64,000 nt of DNA from Lama guanicoe (taxonomy: Eukaryota): contig MU054212.1 in assembly GCA_013239625.1 (NCBI GenBank), forward strand, positions 4,684,270 to 4,748,269, read 5' to 3'. Under the pieces are notes generated by a model, which was given only the letters and a program-made list of their open reading frames with translations, was not told where the DNA came from and made no database searches. This document shows, piece by piece, positions 49,872 to 61,100 of the stretch (position 1 is the stretch's first letter; each line of letters begins with the position of its first letter). The position numbers were made by a program, and so were the translations under genes.

Positions 49872-51829
49872 GTAAGTAACATTTTTTCCCCCTCCTATTA
49901 TCTTACCATTTACAACGGCAGAAAATGTCTGCTATGCTTCATATTAGACATTTACAATATGAGAACATTCTAGTTGCTTTAGGAAATGCTGCCGGGTGCA
50001 GCAACATTGTGTCCTAAATTACATGTAATTATGGCAGGGTACATTATATTGTAATGGATTGACTTTTGGGGGAGGTTGGAAAAACAGTCTCATGAGAGAT
50101 TGAAATTGAATTTATTTAATTTTTGAGATAACTAAGTTGGCTATAAAAATGTGTGACAGATTAGGCTACCTCCAACAAAAAAGGGACTCAGAGCCATAAG
50201 ATAATCTAATTGATCTCTCATCTGAAGATAAAATATATGTATATTAATTTATAAAGCTTATATGTTTTCTGATTGAAGGTACTTGTTTATTTTAGAACTC
50301 AAAATTCTTTGAGTCCAACTGAATGATAGGAAGTCATTCATACTGTTCACACATAGGATACATTTTTTTCATTGCATTAAGCTATCATCCATACGAATTT
50401 TATAAAATTCTATTATAATGTGTGAGCAAAAAATAGGACCCAATTTAGGAAATAGAATCAGATTGGACCTTTGACCTAAAAGTAAATTAATAACCTGTTC
50501 AGAGGGATCTGGGCAACAGCTAATGTGTCGTGTACCCTTGTCCCAAGTGTCTACAAAGAAAAAATGTTGTGTACAAAATAAGGAGCCATATATGACTACA
50601 ATAGTTATTCCTTGAGAGTTAATTGATATTTTCCCCTGAATGGTAAACTCTACCCATGACTGACCAAGATTTAATCATTAAACCAAACAGATTAAGGAAA
50701 AAATTAAAATTGGGAGAAGAGGCAGAGAGACTCTTGTTCCTTTCTCCACACATCAGCAATGCTTTTGCCTCTTTGCTGGCTTTCTACCATCACTCATCCT
50801 CTTTCTTTTCCCCCAAAAGGAGAAGAAAATAGCATTCATGTCAAATTGCAAATATTGAGTCATACTTAACAATGGTCAGGACCACTGTATGTATGTAAAA
50901 TGGCCACGCTGTTATCCATGACCACCTTTTCAAATTCTAAAGCAGGCTGACTTCCAGAGGAAGAGTCTTGATTTTTCCTAGAAGTGATGTTATACAATTA
51001 ATAGAAAGGCAGGAGGCCCTATTTAGTCCTTGAGCATAGGCCATAGGCCTTTCCCTTTAGATATGCAAAGGTATGCTTTGGTGCTGGAAACACTTAGCAG
51101 AGTAAAGTTAATGACAAAGCACATTGTTTTCTATTGTCCATGATGCCTATGTGTATAGGTGTCTATCTCTCTTGGGCAGTTAATGTGGAGTAAAAGCCAA
51201 AAAGTAACAAACAACTGAAATCTCACCCATGTTCCTAAAAAGAATGACAATATTTCTATGTTCTTCACCTGACATCTTTCTAAATGTATATCCATTCAAC
51301 ACTAAAATCTGCAAAATAATTCTTGGATTGTGTTTGCAGCATCAGTTACCAGAAAATGCAGTAGTTTTCTTTAGAGTAAAATGATCATGGTGGAATTTGA
51401 GATCAACGCATATATGACATTTTGTGAAAACTTGTAACTATGAGATTATTCTGGGATCGATCAAGAATTAGAACTTTATTTTTAACTAACTTATTCTTTT
51501 GCATTAACCTTTTGAATGATAGTGTGCCATACACTATGTAATTAATAATAAGAACATTGAATTATTATATCCTCCTGGCTCAAAACATGTTTAGAGAATA
51601 GGCTTATTCTTGGTACCAGATAGGTATCGGGTTTAGTGGCACAAAATGGAAAAACAAAACAAAACAAAACAATAGTGGCTGGAGTAAGGAATCATTTATA
51701 AAACATGTTAATTTTATTAAATGTCTTATATACATTATGCCAAACCGTACCATTAATACTCATCCTTTCTACTCTGTGCAGACACACAGCTTCTTAGTGA
51801 ACTATCTCTTTTCAAAATTTTGAAATTAG

Positions 51830-52235
51830 GTTAGTCCTGCATATTTTGTGATCCCAATAAACCTGGTCACTGCTTACTGCCCCAGCAGGGAGTTCCTGAT
51901 CTCAGCTGGGCAAATTAGATTACCTCTGCCAGGAATACTGAATTAAGACACAGAGGCTGATGTTGTATATCAGTGCTGAAGATGCAGCAAAACTGTCAAA
52001 GGAAGTGAAGCTGAAGAGAAGAGCAATTTAAGACTAGAGTCAAGGCCACGTGGGAAACAGGAAACTTGCAAGTATTTACCCCCAACAATTATTCTGTGTT
52101 TACTGTATATCCCTAGGTTTTTTCTGTTCATCTGCGCTGTTTTCTACCACTTGCCATCAATTTCTCAAATCAATCCAATAAATTCCTCTATATGTGAGCT
52201 AATTTGTGGGATTTTTAAACTTAACAAGTGTTCAA
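51830..52235 (+). mobile_element. LTR16/LTR33-like ERVL LTR
   Basis: 'cctgatctcagctgggcaaattagattacctctgccaggaat' and a 3' 'ccaataaattcct'. Confidence 0.6.
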
Positions 52236-52599
52236 AAAAAAAGAGAGATAACAAAAAAAAAATCTGAAAAAAACGTTTTCTTCATTTATGTATAAAAATG
52301 ATATTATCATACTATATAAATTTCTGAAGACCATATCAATAATATGGTATTCTCATTTCTTGTGAAGTAAACAAACTCCTTTTTATTTAATCGCTGACTT
52401 TTAAAATTACTCTTGGAGTTTCCTTGAAAAGGGGTGTGTTATTCAATCTTTCCGTAAACTGTTTTTTTTTTTATAAGGAAAAAAAACACAAAAAAATGCA
52501 TTGAAAAAATGCCAGATATTGTAATTGCATCTGGATTTTTTGATACCAAAGCCCTTTAAATGAGAATTTATGGATAATTTGAAGAGAATGTCAGGCCAG

Positions 52600-54160
52600 A
52601 CTAAAGAGCAAAGTTAATATTTAATATTTACGTATATCATAAGCCAAGTAAATGGTTGAAAAGACAAATGGTACTATAAGACATAATAAAAGAAGCAATA
52701 AAAAAAGAAGAAAATGGAATCCTAACAACTTAATTGATCCAAAATTAGAAGGAAGGAAAGACAAACAAAAAGAATATAAAATGGATGGGCCTAAAAATAG
52801 AAATACAGCTGAATGCATAAACCTAAATATATTTTTGTTAAATTGATATAAAATAAATAAAAATTCAAAGGAAAATGATGAAAACTATAACAATTACATA
52901 TTGTTTAAAAAACATCATTTATATATAAGAACCACAGAGAGACCGCATATAAAAAGATGGAAAAAATGTACCTTGTAAACACTAACTGCAGAATTGCTGG
53001 CTGAAGCTATGTAATAGCAAAGAAAACACAAAGCAAAAGGCATTATAATTGATAGTGAATATTTCATAATGATAAAAATGTTGATCCATCAAGAACCTAT
53101 GATAATTACAAATTTACATACACCACTAACATATTGGGAGATGTAGCAACGCTCTCTCAACACTTGATTAAGCAGTCAGACAAAAATCATCACACCCACA
53201 GAAGATTTGAACAACATGTTAACCAGCTTGACTTGAATGTGTATGTGTGTGTAAACTGCATCCAAAAATGACAGAATTGATGTTTTTTTAAAAGTATGTT
53301 GAACATTTACGGGAATAAACCATATGCTGGGCCACGATGACAGTCCCCCTAAATTTCAAATATCTGAAACTATTTAGAGTATATTCTATGACATTAAAAA
53401 AAAAAGTGAAATTAAAGCAGGAAGGGGAATAGCGGTTCCCAAGGCCTGAGAGAGAGGGAAATGAGCAGTTGCTATACAATAGTCTAGAGTTTCAGTCATG
53501 AAAGATGAAAATTTTCCAGATATCTGCTATTCAACATTGTGCTTAAAGTTAACAGTACTGTACTATACACTTAAAATTTCATTAAGAAGGTAGACCTCTA
53601 CATGTTTTTTACTAAAATTTAAAAACATTAATAAAAACAGAGAAACAGCATTTGCTTGGAATTTAAACCAATGATCTCAGCTTCTAACTCAAGAAACTAA
53701 GAAACAAATCAGAAACAAAACAAAATAAGTGAGTCAGTCTTAAATAATAAAGAGCAAAAACAGGTGAAAAAGAACACGAGAATCAATGAAATAAATTACT
53801 TTTTGCAAAAATTAGTTAAGTTGAAAAAATCATAAGCAATTTAATCAAGAAAATTAGAAGAGAGAGAGACAAGGAGACAAAACACAAATAATTGCTATTG
53901 AAAGTGGGAAAAAAGGACATCATTATGGGTTTAATAAAAAAGTGGATGCCCTAAACAAATTTAAACCATTAAATTTTATAACCCTGATGAAATTGGAAAA
54001 TTCCTTTAAAATATAATTTACTAAAGCTAATAATGGAAGGACATATAGAGAATAGAACCCTACATTACGGAGCCCATAAAAAATAAACAAACAAACAAAC
54101 AAAACAACCTTTTTTCACATAGAAAATTCCGAGATGGTTTCACGAATGAATTCGTGTAAA
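52600..54160 (+). mobile_element. Ancient L1M, ORF2 5' region
   Basis: 'aaaagatggaaaaaatgtacc', 'gaagatttgaacaac', 'accatatgctgggccac' and 'caagaaactaagaa'. Confidence 0.8.
53430..53625 (+). mobile_element. L1MB-type 3' end nested inside the older L1M
   Basis: 'agagtttcagtcatgaaagatgaaaatttt...aacagtactgtactatacacttaaaattt...aagaaggtagacct'. Confidence 0.75.
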
Positions 54161-54728
54161 TTCCTGAAATTCACTGTAAATTTACAGTGTGTGTGCATGC
54201 TTATGTAAATTTTATTCTTCAATAATGGTAAAATCTGTACTAAAAATCTAGTTGAATAATTGACTTAGTAAATAAGAACTCATAATAACTAATTTCATAT
54301 ATGCTCAGTTAAACTTTCTAAAGAAGCTTAGGTTCTCCAGACAGTTGCATTAATTTAATTTATTACAATCAAAATGCTATTAAAGACTGGTACAACTAGA
54401 ATTGCAGAAATGATTGGTAAGGATGTCATTATGCTGGAATCCCCATGAAGGGCCTACTGTCAGAATGAGCCCATCCTGCAAAATAACAGCTTGCTCTGTA
54501 AATTAGATAACTGCACAATTTTCTTCTTTTGTCTATTTTTAGAGCTATAAAAATCATCATAATCAAGTTCCTGCTGTGATCTTCTGAAGTATGCCATTGA
54601 AAAGAAGTATACATTACTGCCTGTTATTCCTTAATGTTAAACTATGTGGCCAAAAAGCAAATCAATATGGAGTGGAAAATGGTCCACATGCATCTCAATA
54701 AAAGCAGTTTTATCTATTTGCATAACAG

Positions 54729-54752
54729 GTTATATATTCTCCTAATGACGAG
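54729..54752 (+). other. Candidate 24-nt frame-preserving microexon (VIYSPNDE in phase 0)
   Basis: gttttatctatttgcataacAG|gttatatattctcctaatgacgag|GTAAGT. Confidence 0.3.
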
Positions 54753-56749
54753 GTAAGTATGTGTGAGGCAAGGTAGCATTTGAAATAGTCTATAACATAA
54801 ATTATTGGGAGAATGTACAATATTTTCTAGTAAGTTCTTAACAGTGTCTTCGGCTAGAACTGTTAATTTATATTAGAAAAACATGTAGTTCTGTCCATTA
54901 ACCATGTTTATTGCCAATATTTTTGTTTCATTATTAATTTCATTTTCTGCAGAACTTACAAGATTAATTTTTAAGCAACTGCTTTTTTTCTTCATATATT
55001 ATAAGTGGAAAAATTACTATATGTAAAAATGCTCTCTAAGGCTTTGAGAGTGGAATATATACATTCAAATGTTTCACTTGATCTGATAATTACCCCCAAC
55101 TACACATCCATGCATGAATACACAAATGCTTAATCACCTTTAGTAACTAAAATTAACTATTATGGAAGCTCCATGTCTAAGTACAGGTGGATTGAATTTT
55201 CTAATAATGTATCCAGTTAGCTGATAACACATGTTGATAACATATTATTTGCAGATTAGTATTTCTAGACCCTTACTAAATGTTTTTTGCCATAGAAACC
55301 AACCACTCATCTATAATTCAGATCAAAGGAGAGCCACTAAAATGTGGTGAATGAACAAGAATTGCTCCTCAGCTCTACTGGAGATGGTTTAAAAACATTG
55401 GAAATGTGATGGACTACAGAACACAAAATGAAAACATTCCAGAAACACGAAGAAATGAAAGGTGGTTGGGTCTCAATGGATGGACAGAGGTATAAGGGCA
55501 GGAAACAGTAACTTAGGAAAGTAAAGAGCTGGGAGCTATGGATAGTGACAGACCATGAGAAAGCATTTGTCTCATTCTCCTGTCTTCTGTTTGGTGTCAT
55601 TGCTAATTCTACTATTTCTAAATCTTTACACCAAAAGACAAACTTTTTTTTAAAAACCAGGTCTAATGTTAAAAGTTATAACGTGAATTTAAAACTTTTT
55701 GGCACTAAACTATAAAGCACAAGGAAGAACATCTTATTTAAATAAAAAAAAGGGTATTATTTCAAGGGAGAATAGTGCAGTGAGTTTTTTTCTCTTCATA
55801 TCAACATCCAATGATGACAGGCTAATTTCTAAACAGAGGCACATTTTACACAATGTTGACAGAGAGTCATAATGTGTTCATAAATACCATTATAAATATA
55901 CCATGAAGTTTATTTCACAGCAGATACTAGTTTGCCAATCTTGAGAAGGTGAAACACTAAGCTGTAAATTTGGTATTTCCAGCTAGTCATTTCTGAGCAC
56001 CTTAGAGAATGTAGTGACGCACACTGTTGGGAGACCACCTTGTCACTGCCACTGATTGTGTCACTACTGTATCCCCTGTGATAGAACAATCAAGTCCTAA
56101 AGATGCAAGACCTAGAAAAAGCCTCGTACCCATCCTCTGGATGTCACAGTGTTCTGTGTAATACATTTTGTTGCCTCTTCAAGGATCTAGTTGACTTCAG
56201 GTTTTGCTTTATTTCCCTACTTATCTTGACCTTCTTGCTTTATTTACATCTTTTCAACCGTCTTTCACATTGATCTACACATATATCACTGCGACTGGCA
56301 ATCTGAGGGAGAAGAAAGTCATTAACTACTGGAAGCGTGCAGATACAGCAAGTTTCCAAATTTCTGGGGAAAAAATGTCCCAGCTAGTTACTTTATCCAT
56401 TATAATCAGCATCCCTACTGAGTATTTTTCTACCACTGAACTTCTGGCCAAGCACTCTTCTCCACCAGTGCTGTCTTCTTACATATTCAGTTAAATCCTT
56501 ACCTTGTAAGAGCTGTTATCACTTTCATTTTCCTTCAGTTAAGGTTCTTAGTCTCTCTGAATCCATAGGCAGCCTGTGAGGTCCTTTAATGTCCTCTTTT
56601 CTGCCTCACGTGTCCTTATACTCATGACTGTTTCTTCTATCCTCATTATTGGCACCCACCCAGCATAGCCAGAGGGATAACAGAAACAGGTTTGAATAGG
56701 AGCAGGTTACAAAAGGGACTGTTAGATTGGTCCAACATCTGCTATACTT

Positions 56750-57300
56750 CCACTTCAAATTTACAAACTAAACATATTACAACTAAGGGAGACTGAACTT
56801 TTGTAAAGAATAGTTACAAGGATGGAGGCCCATAGAAATTCCTTGATGAGCAGAGCCACCTGGTGAGGGGTTAGAAAACCAGAAGTGGCCCAGCTCTGAC
56901 AGCAACAGAGGCTCCCTAAACACAGTAGCATAGGCATAACCCAGAGACAAGAGTTTCTGCACACCCACTCTAAGGCAAATTCGTCCAAATCAGCCAGTAT
57001 TCCTAAGGAAACATGCCAAAAATAATGAGACATATGAGGGACAAAGGCAATATAAAGAGAAAATAAGAACATTAAAACAGAGGAAAAGGAAAAGTAGACA
57101 GCAGAATACACATTAAAATACATATTAAAAGCTTCAGAATGAAAGGAAAAACGGGACATTATTAAAAACATAAAGCAAGAACAAGTGAACATGACTGGAT
57201 GTATATAATGAGTATGCAAAACGTACAAACTCAACCTTATTTTGTAGAGAAAAGACAAGTCACGAAAAAATAAAAGTATGGACAAAATTTTATCAGCAAA
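56750..57300 (+). mobile_element. Possible ancient L1/HAL1 5'/ORF1-region fragment
   Basis: A-rich strand with 'caaaaataatgagacatatgagg', resembling the old L1 ORF1 lead-in. Confidence 0.4.
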
Positions 57301-57399
57301 TGCAGGCACTGTCATGGCACGGGCACTGACGTCCATTTACTAGAAAAACCTTCAATCTTAGCAAACAAGAACAGTTGGTCACCTTAGGAGTTACACATA

Positions 57400-58450
57400 T
57401 CCAAGGAAGCTACAAAGAACTGTGTGGCACTGGATTAGAGTTGGAAACATCAGTATGAACTCACATTTATTTAGCTTCATATAGATCCAGACGCATAGAT
57501 ACTGGGCAGGGTTAGAAACTGACATCTTGCTAACGACAAACGTATACAAAGCCATGATGCTGGTTTCTAACTAGCATTCTGCAATACTGGGAATCAGAAC
57601 TCTTCTGAGAAATGTATGATTCTATAGCTGGGGCAGGGAAAATGTAAAATGACACTAAGCATCTTGTACCAGAAAGTCAGGGAGTACTAAGCAAAAGGAT
57701 TAGGGCATATCAAAGAAACACAGCAGCCAACTTGAAAGAGCTTCCAATAGATAAAGCTGGAACAATTTAAACAAAAAGTTAATAAAGTATCGCTTGGGAT
57801 TATAACACAAAGTACAAAATAAATATACATAAGTCCACACTGATATAATAAATTATTACATAAATAGGGAGGTACTGAATAATTCCTTAACTATTCTCGT
57901 CAAGAGACGATGCAGCATTTAGTGACAGATTTCCAAATAGTAATGTGGAAATGGGACGAAAGTAACTTTAGTGTGGAGCTGTCTTAACCAAGTAATCAAT
58001 TTAAACATTACTTGGCATAAATCATGTTGAAATGATGTGATAAGAAAGATACTTCACCTCTGTGATATTCTCCAAAATCCATAATCCTAGTCTAGTCACT
58101 AAAAAAAAAAATTTAGAGGCAAGCAAAATTCAGGATATTGTACAAAATATATGACCAGTAATCCTAAAAAGCTTTCAATGTTATGAAAAACAGGGAGACA
58201 TGATAACTAAACACAATGTAGCATTCTGGATTGGATTCTGGCACAGTTGGAAAATGGTGAAATCCAAATAAAATCTGGAGGTTATTTTATGATAACGTAC
58301 ATTGTTGTTTTACCAGTTTTGACAAATGTCTCCTGCTAATATGAAATGTTGACATTGTGGGGAAACTGGATGAAGGGTATATAAGAATGCTATACTATTT
58401 TTACAAAGTTTTAAAAAATCTCAAACTATTCCATGTTTTAAAAATTTATT
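57400..58450 (+). mobile_element. L1MC/L1MD long 3'UTR
   Basis: 'ggaaacatcagtatgaactca', 'gattctatagctggggcagggaaaat' and 'aaagctggaacaattt'. Confidence 0.85.
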
Positions 58451-58554
58451 GAATTTATATCTTGTACATAATCAAGATTCTTATTTTGAAAGGCAGCCAT
58501 TTATTTTGCATGTAATAACATAATGTTATGAATTTAAGGATGGTTGAATTTTGA

Positions 58555-58720
58555 GATTCAGTGGTAAAATGAAATCAATAAAGGCTAGACATATAAAATC
58601 TGTGTCTGCTTTTATGTCAAATTGGGCTTTAAACTTTATTAGTACCAGTCTCTCTTTTTTTTATTTGTAAAAATGTGAAAATACAAGAACTAGCTGTTTT
58701 CTAAAGCCCTTCCTACTTTA
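58555..58720 (+). mobile_element. MIR SINE, degraded
   Basis: 'cagtctctc...atttgtaaaaatg' resembles the MIR core. Confidence 0.4.
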
Positions 58721-59899
58721 TTCATTTTGTGAAACATGATAGTAATGATGAGTCCAGTCTTTTTATAACATGCGTTAAATAATTATTAAAATTAATCATG
58801 TAGTTATTGTTTGATATGATCATCATGTACTTATTTATAATTAGTTAGAAAATAAAAACACTGACTTCGTTGTCTTGTAGCACATAATAATTTGCAACTA
58901 CTGGAAATGCAGTAATTTTGAGACAAGATTATAGCTTATATGCATTAGAAAATTAAGCTGAGTATCTGAGTTTATATTCCTAATTTTCTGTTTCTCAGAC
59001 AAAAATATTAGGAACATGTTCACTGTTTTCTAGAGAACCATTAAATAAGCAAGCAACAGAAACACTACATGACAGAAGAGCTTATTAAACTGTGAGGATA
59101 TTTAAAGTCAGGCTAATAAATTATTGACTATTTTGTTTCACCAATATGGTTAATTTCTTCTTGACTGAATATGCATAGTATATGTGTCTTTGTGTGTACT
59201 GACATGTGTGAGAGAGACAGTATAAAAATATTATTGAAACAAACTTATTTGAGCATTTTTAAAAATACAGATATGGTCCTGTCTGATTATATGTGATTTT
59301 CATATATGGGAATACAAATTCATATATATTTTATTAATGGAGTATACACATTTGGAGCAAAATATATGGGCAACATCTGGATCTGAAAGGAAATCTGGAG
59401 AATGCAGTTTTGATATCTACATATTGGAATTCCTGTGAAATACTGATAGTTTATAGGAACACCACAACATTGGAAATCAATGCTTCCCTGGAATAACTCG
59501 GAATTAATAAGCTCTCTTTGCAGAAGTAATAGGCTCTCCTTCATAACCTCCACATATAACAGTTCATTTAAGGGTCCTCTTCTTAGCCCTCCATATAAAA
59601 TCACTCATTTTCAGGTGGAAAAATATTAAACTACTACTTTTTTGTGAGCCCTATATGAAATCAAGAATGGATTAGTAATGCAGAAGGCATTTATATAAAG
59701 ATGACCTTTATTTGTTTCGTTGTAAACAAAACATTTAGCTTCAAAATCTGAGCCAGTTACTTTTTGAAGAAACAAATTCTAAGGTTGGGCCATGACCTCA
59801 CATTCTCATAACTCTCTATCCCTCAGCAATTTTTTTTTTTTTGCTGATTTTTCCTCATATTCCAGGTTTATTCACATTACTGTTTTGCATGGCTCAATT

Positions 59900-61100
59900 C
59901 AACACAGGTTTTTAAAGTTTTCATCTACTTTCACTCCCTGGTGATCTCATCCAAATCCATTTAAAAATATATAGACTTATGGACCCAGATTTCTCTCTCT
60001 TATTGGGCCATTTCCCCTGAACTCCACGTATCTTTATCCCAGTCGTCTACCTGAAAACTCCATTTGATTACTTAACAGACATATTGAACTTAACATGTCC
60101 AAAACCAAACTTCTTATCTTCCTTCCCACACTTACTTAACCTGCAGTTGTCCCCATCTTGGTGAATGCTTTCAAGGTACTCAGACCAGGAAATTTAGTAC
60201 CATTCTTGATTCACCGGTTTCTCCTATCCCTCGTACCCACTATTGCAGAAAATTCTATTGGCTCTGTCTTCACAATATATCCAGACTCTGATCTCTCTTC
60301 CTTGCTTCTCGTTTTACTTCCCTGCCCTCAAGTCATTATTTCTTGCCTGGGTTATTGCAATAACTTCCAATTTCATCCCCTTATGGTTCACACTCAATAA
60401 AGCAGCCAAGTAAGGCCCTGTCTCTCCTTTTCTCAAACCCTCAGAATAAAACGAAAGTCAGTGCAAATTATCAGCCCTAGAGGACTCAGCTCCTCTTAAA
60501 TTCTCTGATTTCATCTTCGCTACTCCTCCTACCGGCCATTCGACTCCAGTCACTCTATTCCTCCTCAAACTTTCCATCTCCAAAATTAATTCTTCAAACC
60601 CAATCAATAATTTTGCTTTTAATTTTATTTCCCCTTCGCTGGGTCTTTTGTAAAATTAAAATAAAACTTCAAATTGCTTTGCAAAACTCTGTTCCTCAAA
60701 AACGTGCAGCATTCTCCCACTTCCTGAGGCTTGGCTGCTCTCATGTCTAAAAGAGTTTTCCACTATATAGCTTCACAGCTTGCTAATGCTCTTCTTTTGT
60801 GTCTTTAGTCAAATGTCACTTTCTCCAAGAGACCTTCTCTGACTTCCCTATATATAACTACAATATTCTCTGCACTCCCAATTATGCTTACCTGCTTTAT
60901 TTTTTTCTGTAGTACTTATTACAGTGCAAAAGCATATATTTTACTGATTCATTATGTTAATTGATATCATCTCCACAAAAATATGATTTTTTTTTTTGCT
61001 GGAAGGGATTATTTTGTAGGTTTATTCATTGCTTTAACACTAGTATCTAAAACAGTCCCTCCCGTGTAATAAAAATGCAACAAACCCATGATAAACAAAC
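59900..61100 (+). mobile_element. L2 LINE containing a ~120-bp non-L2 insertion
   Basis: 'cactccctggtgatctcatcca', 'aacttaacatgtccaaaaccaaact' and 'caaatgtcactttctccaagagaccttctctgac'. Confidence 0.82.

Noticed and set aside
56853..56866. CTCF-like TCACCAGGTGGCTC on the minus strand (a similar one at 43-56)
   Set aside because: Mismatches at informative positions and location in probable repeat-derived sequence; much weaker than the 14678 site
56761..57336. Longest ORF (191 aa, minus strand, hydrophobic)
   Set aside because: It is the antisense of an A-rich, probably L1-derived stretch; F/L/S/Y richness follows from T-richness, and no domain is recognisable
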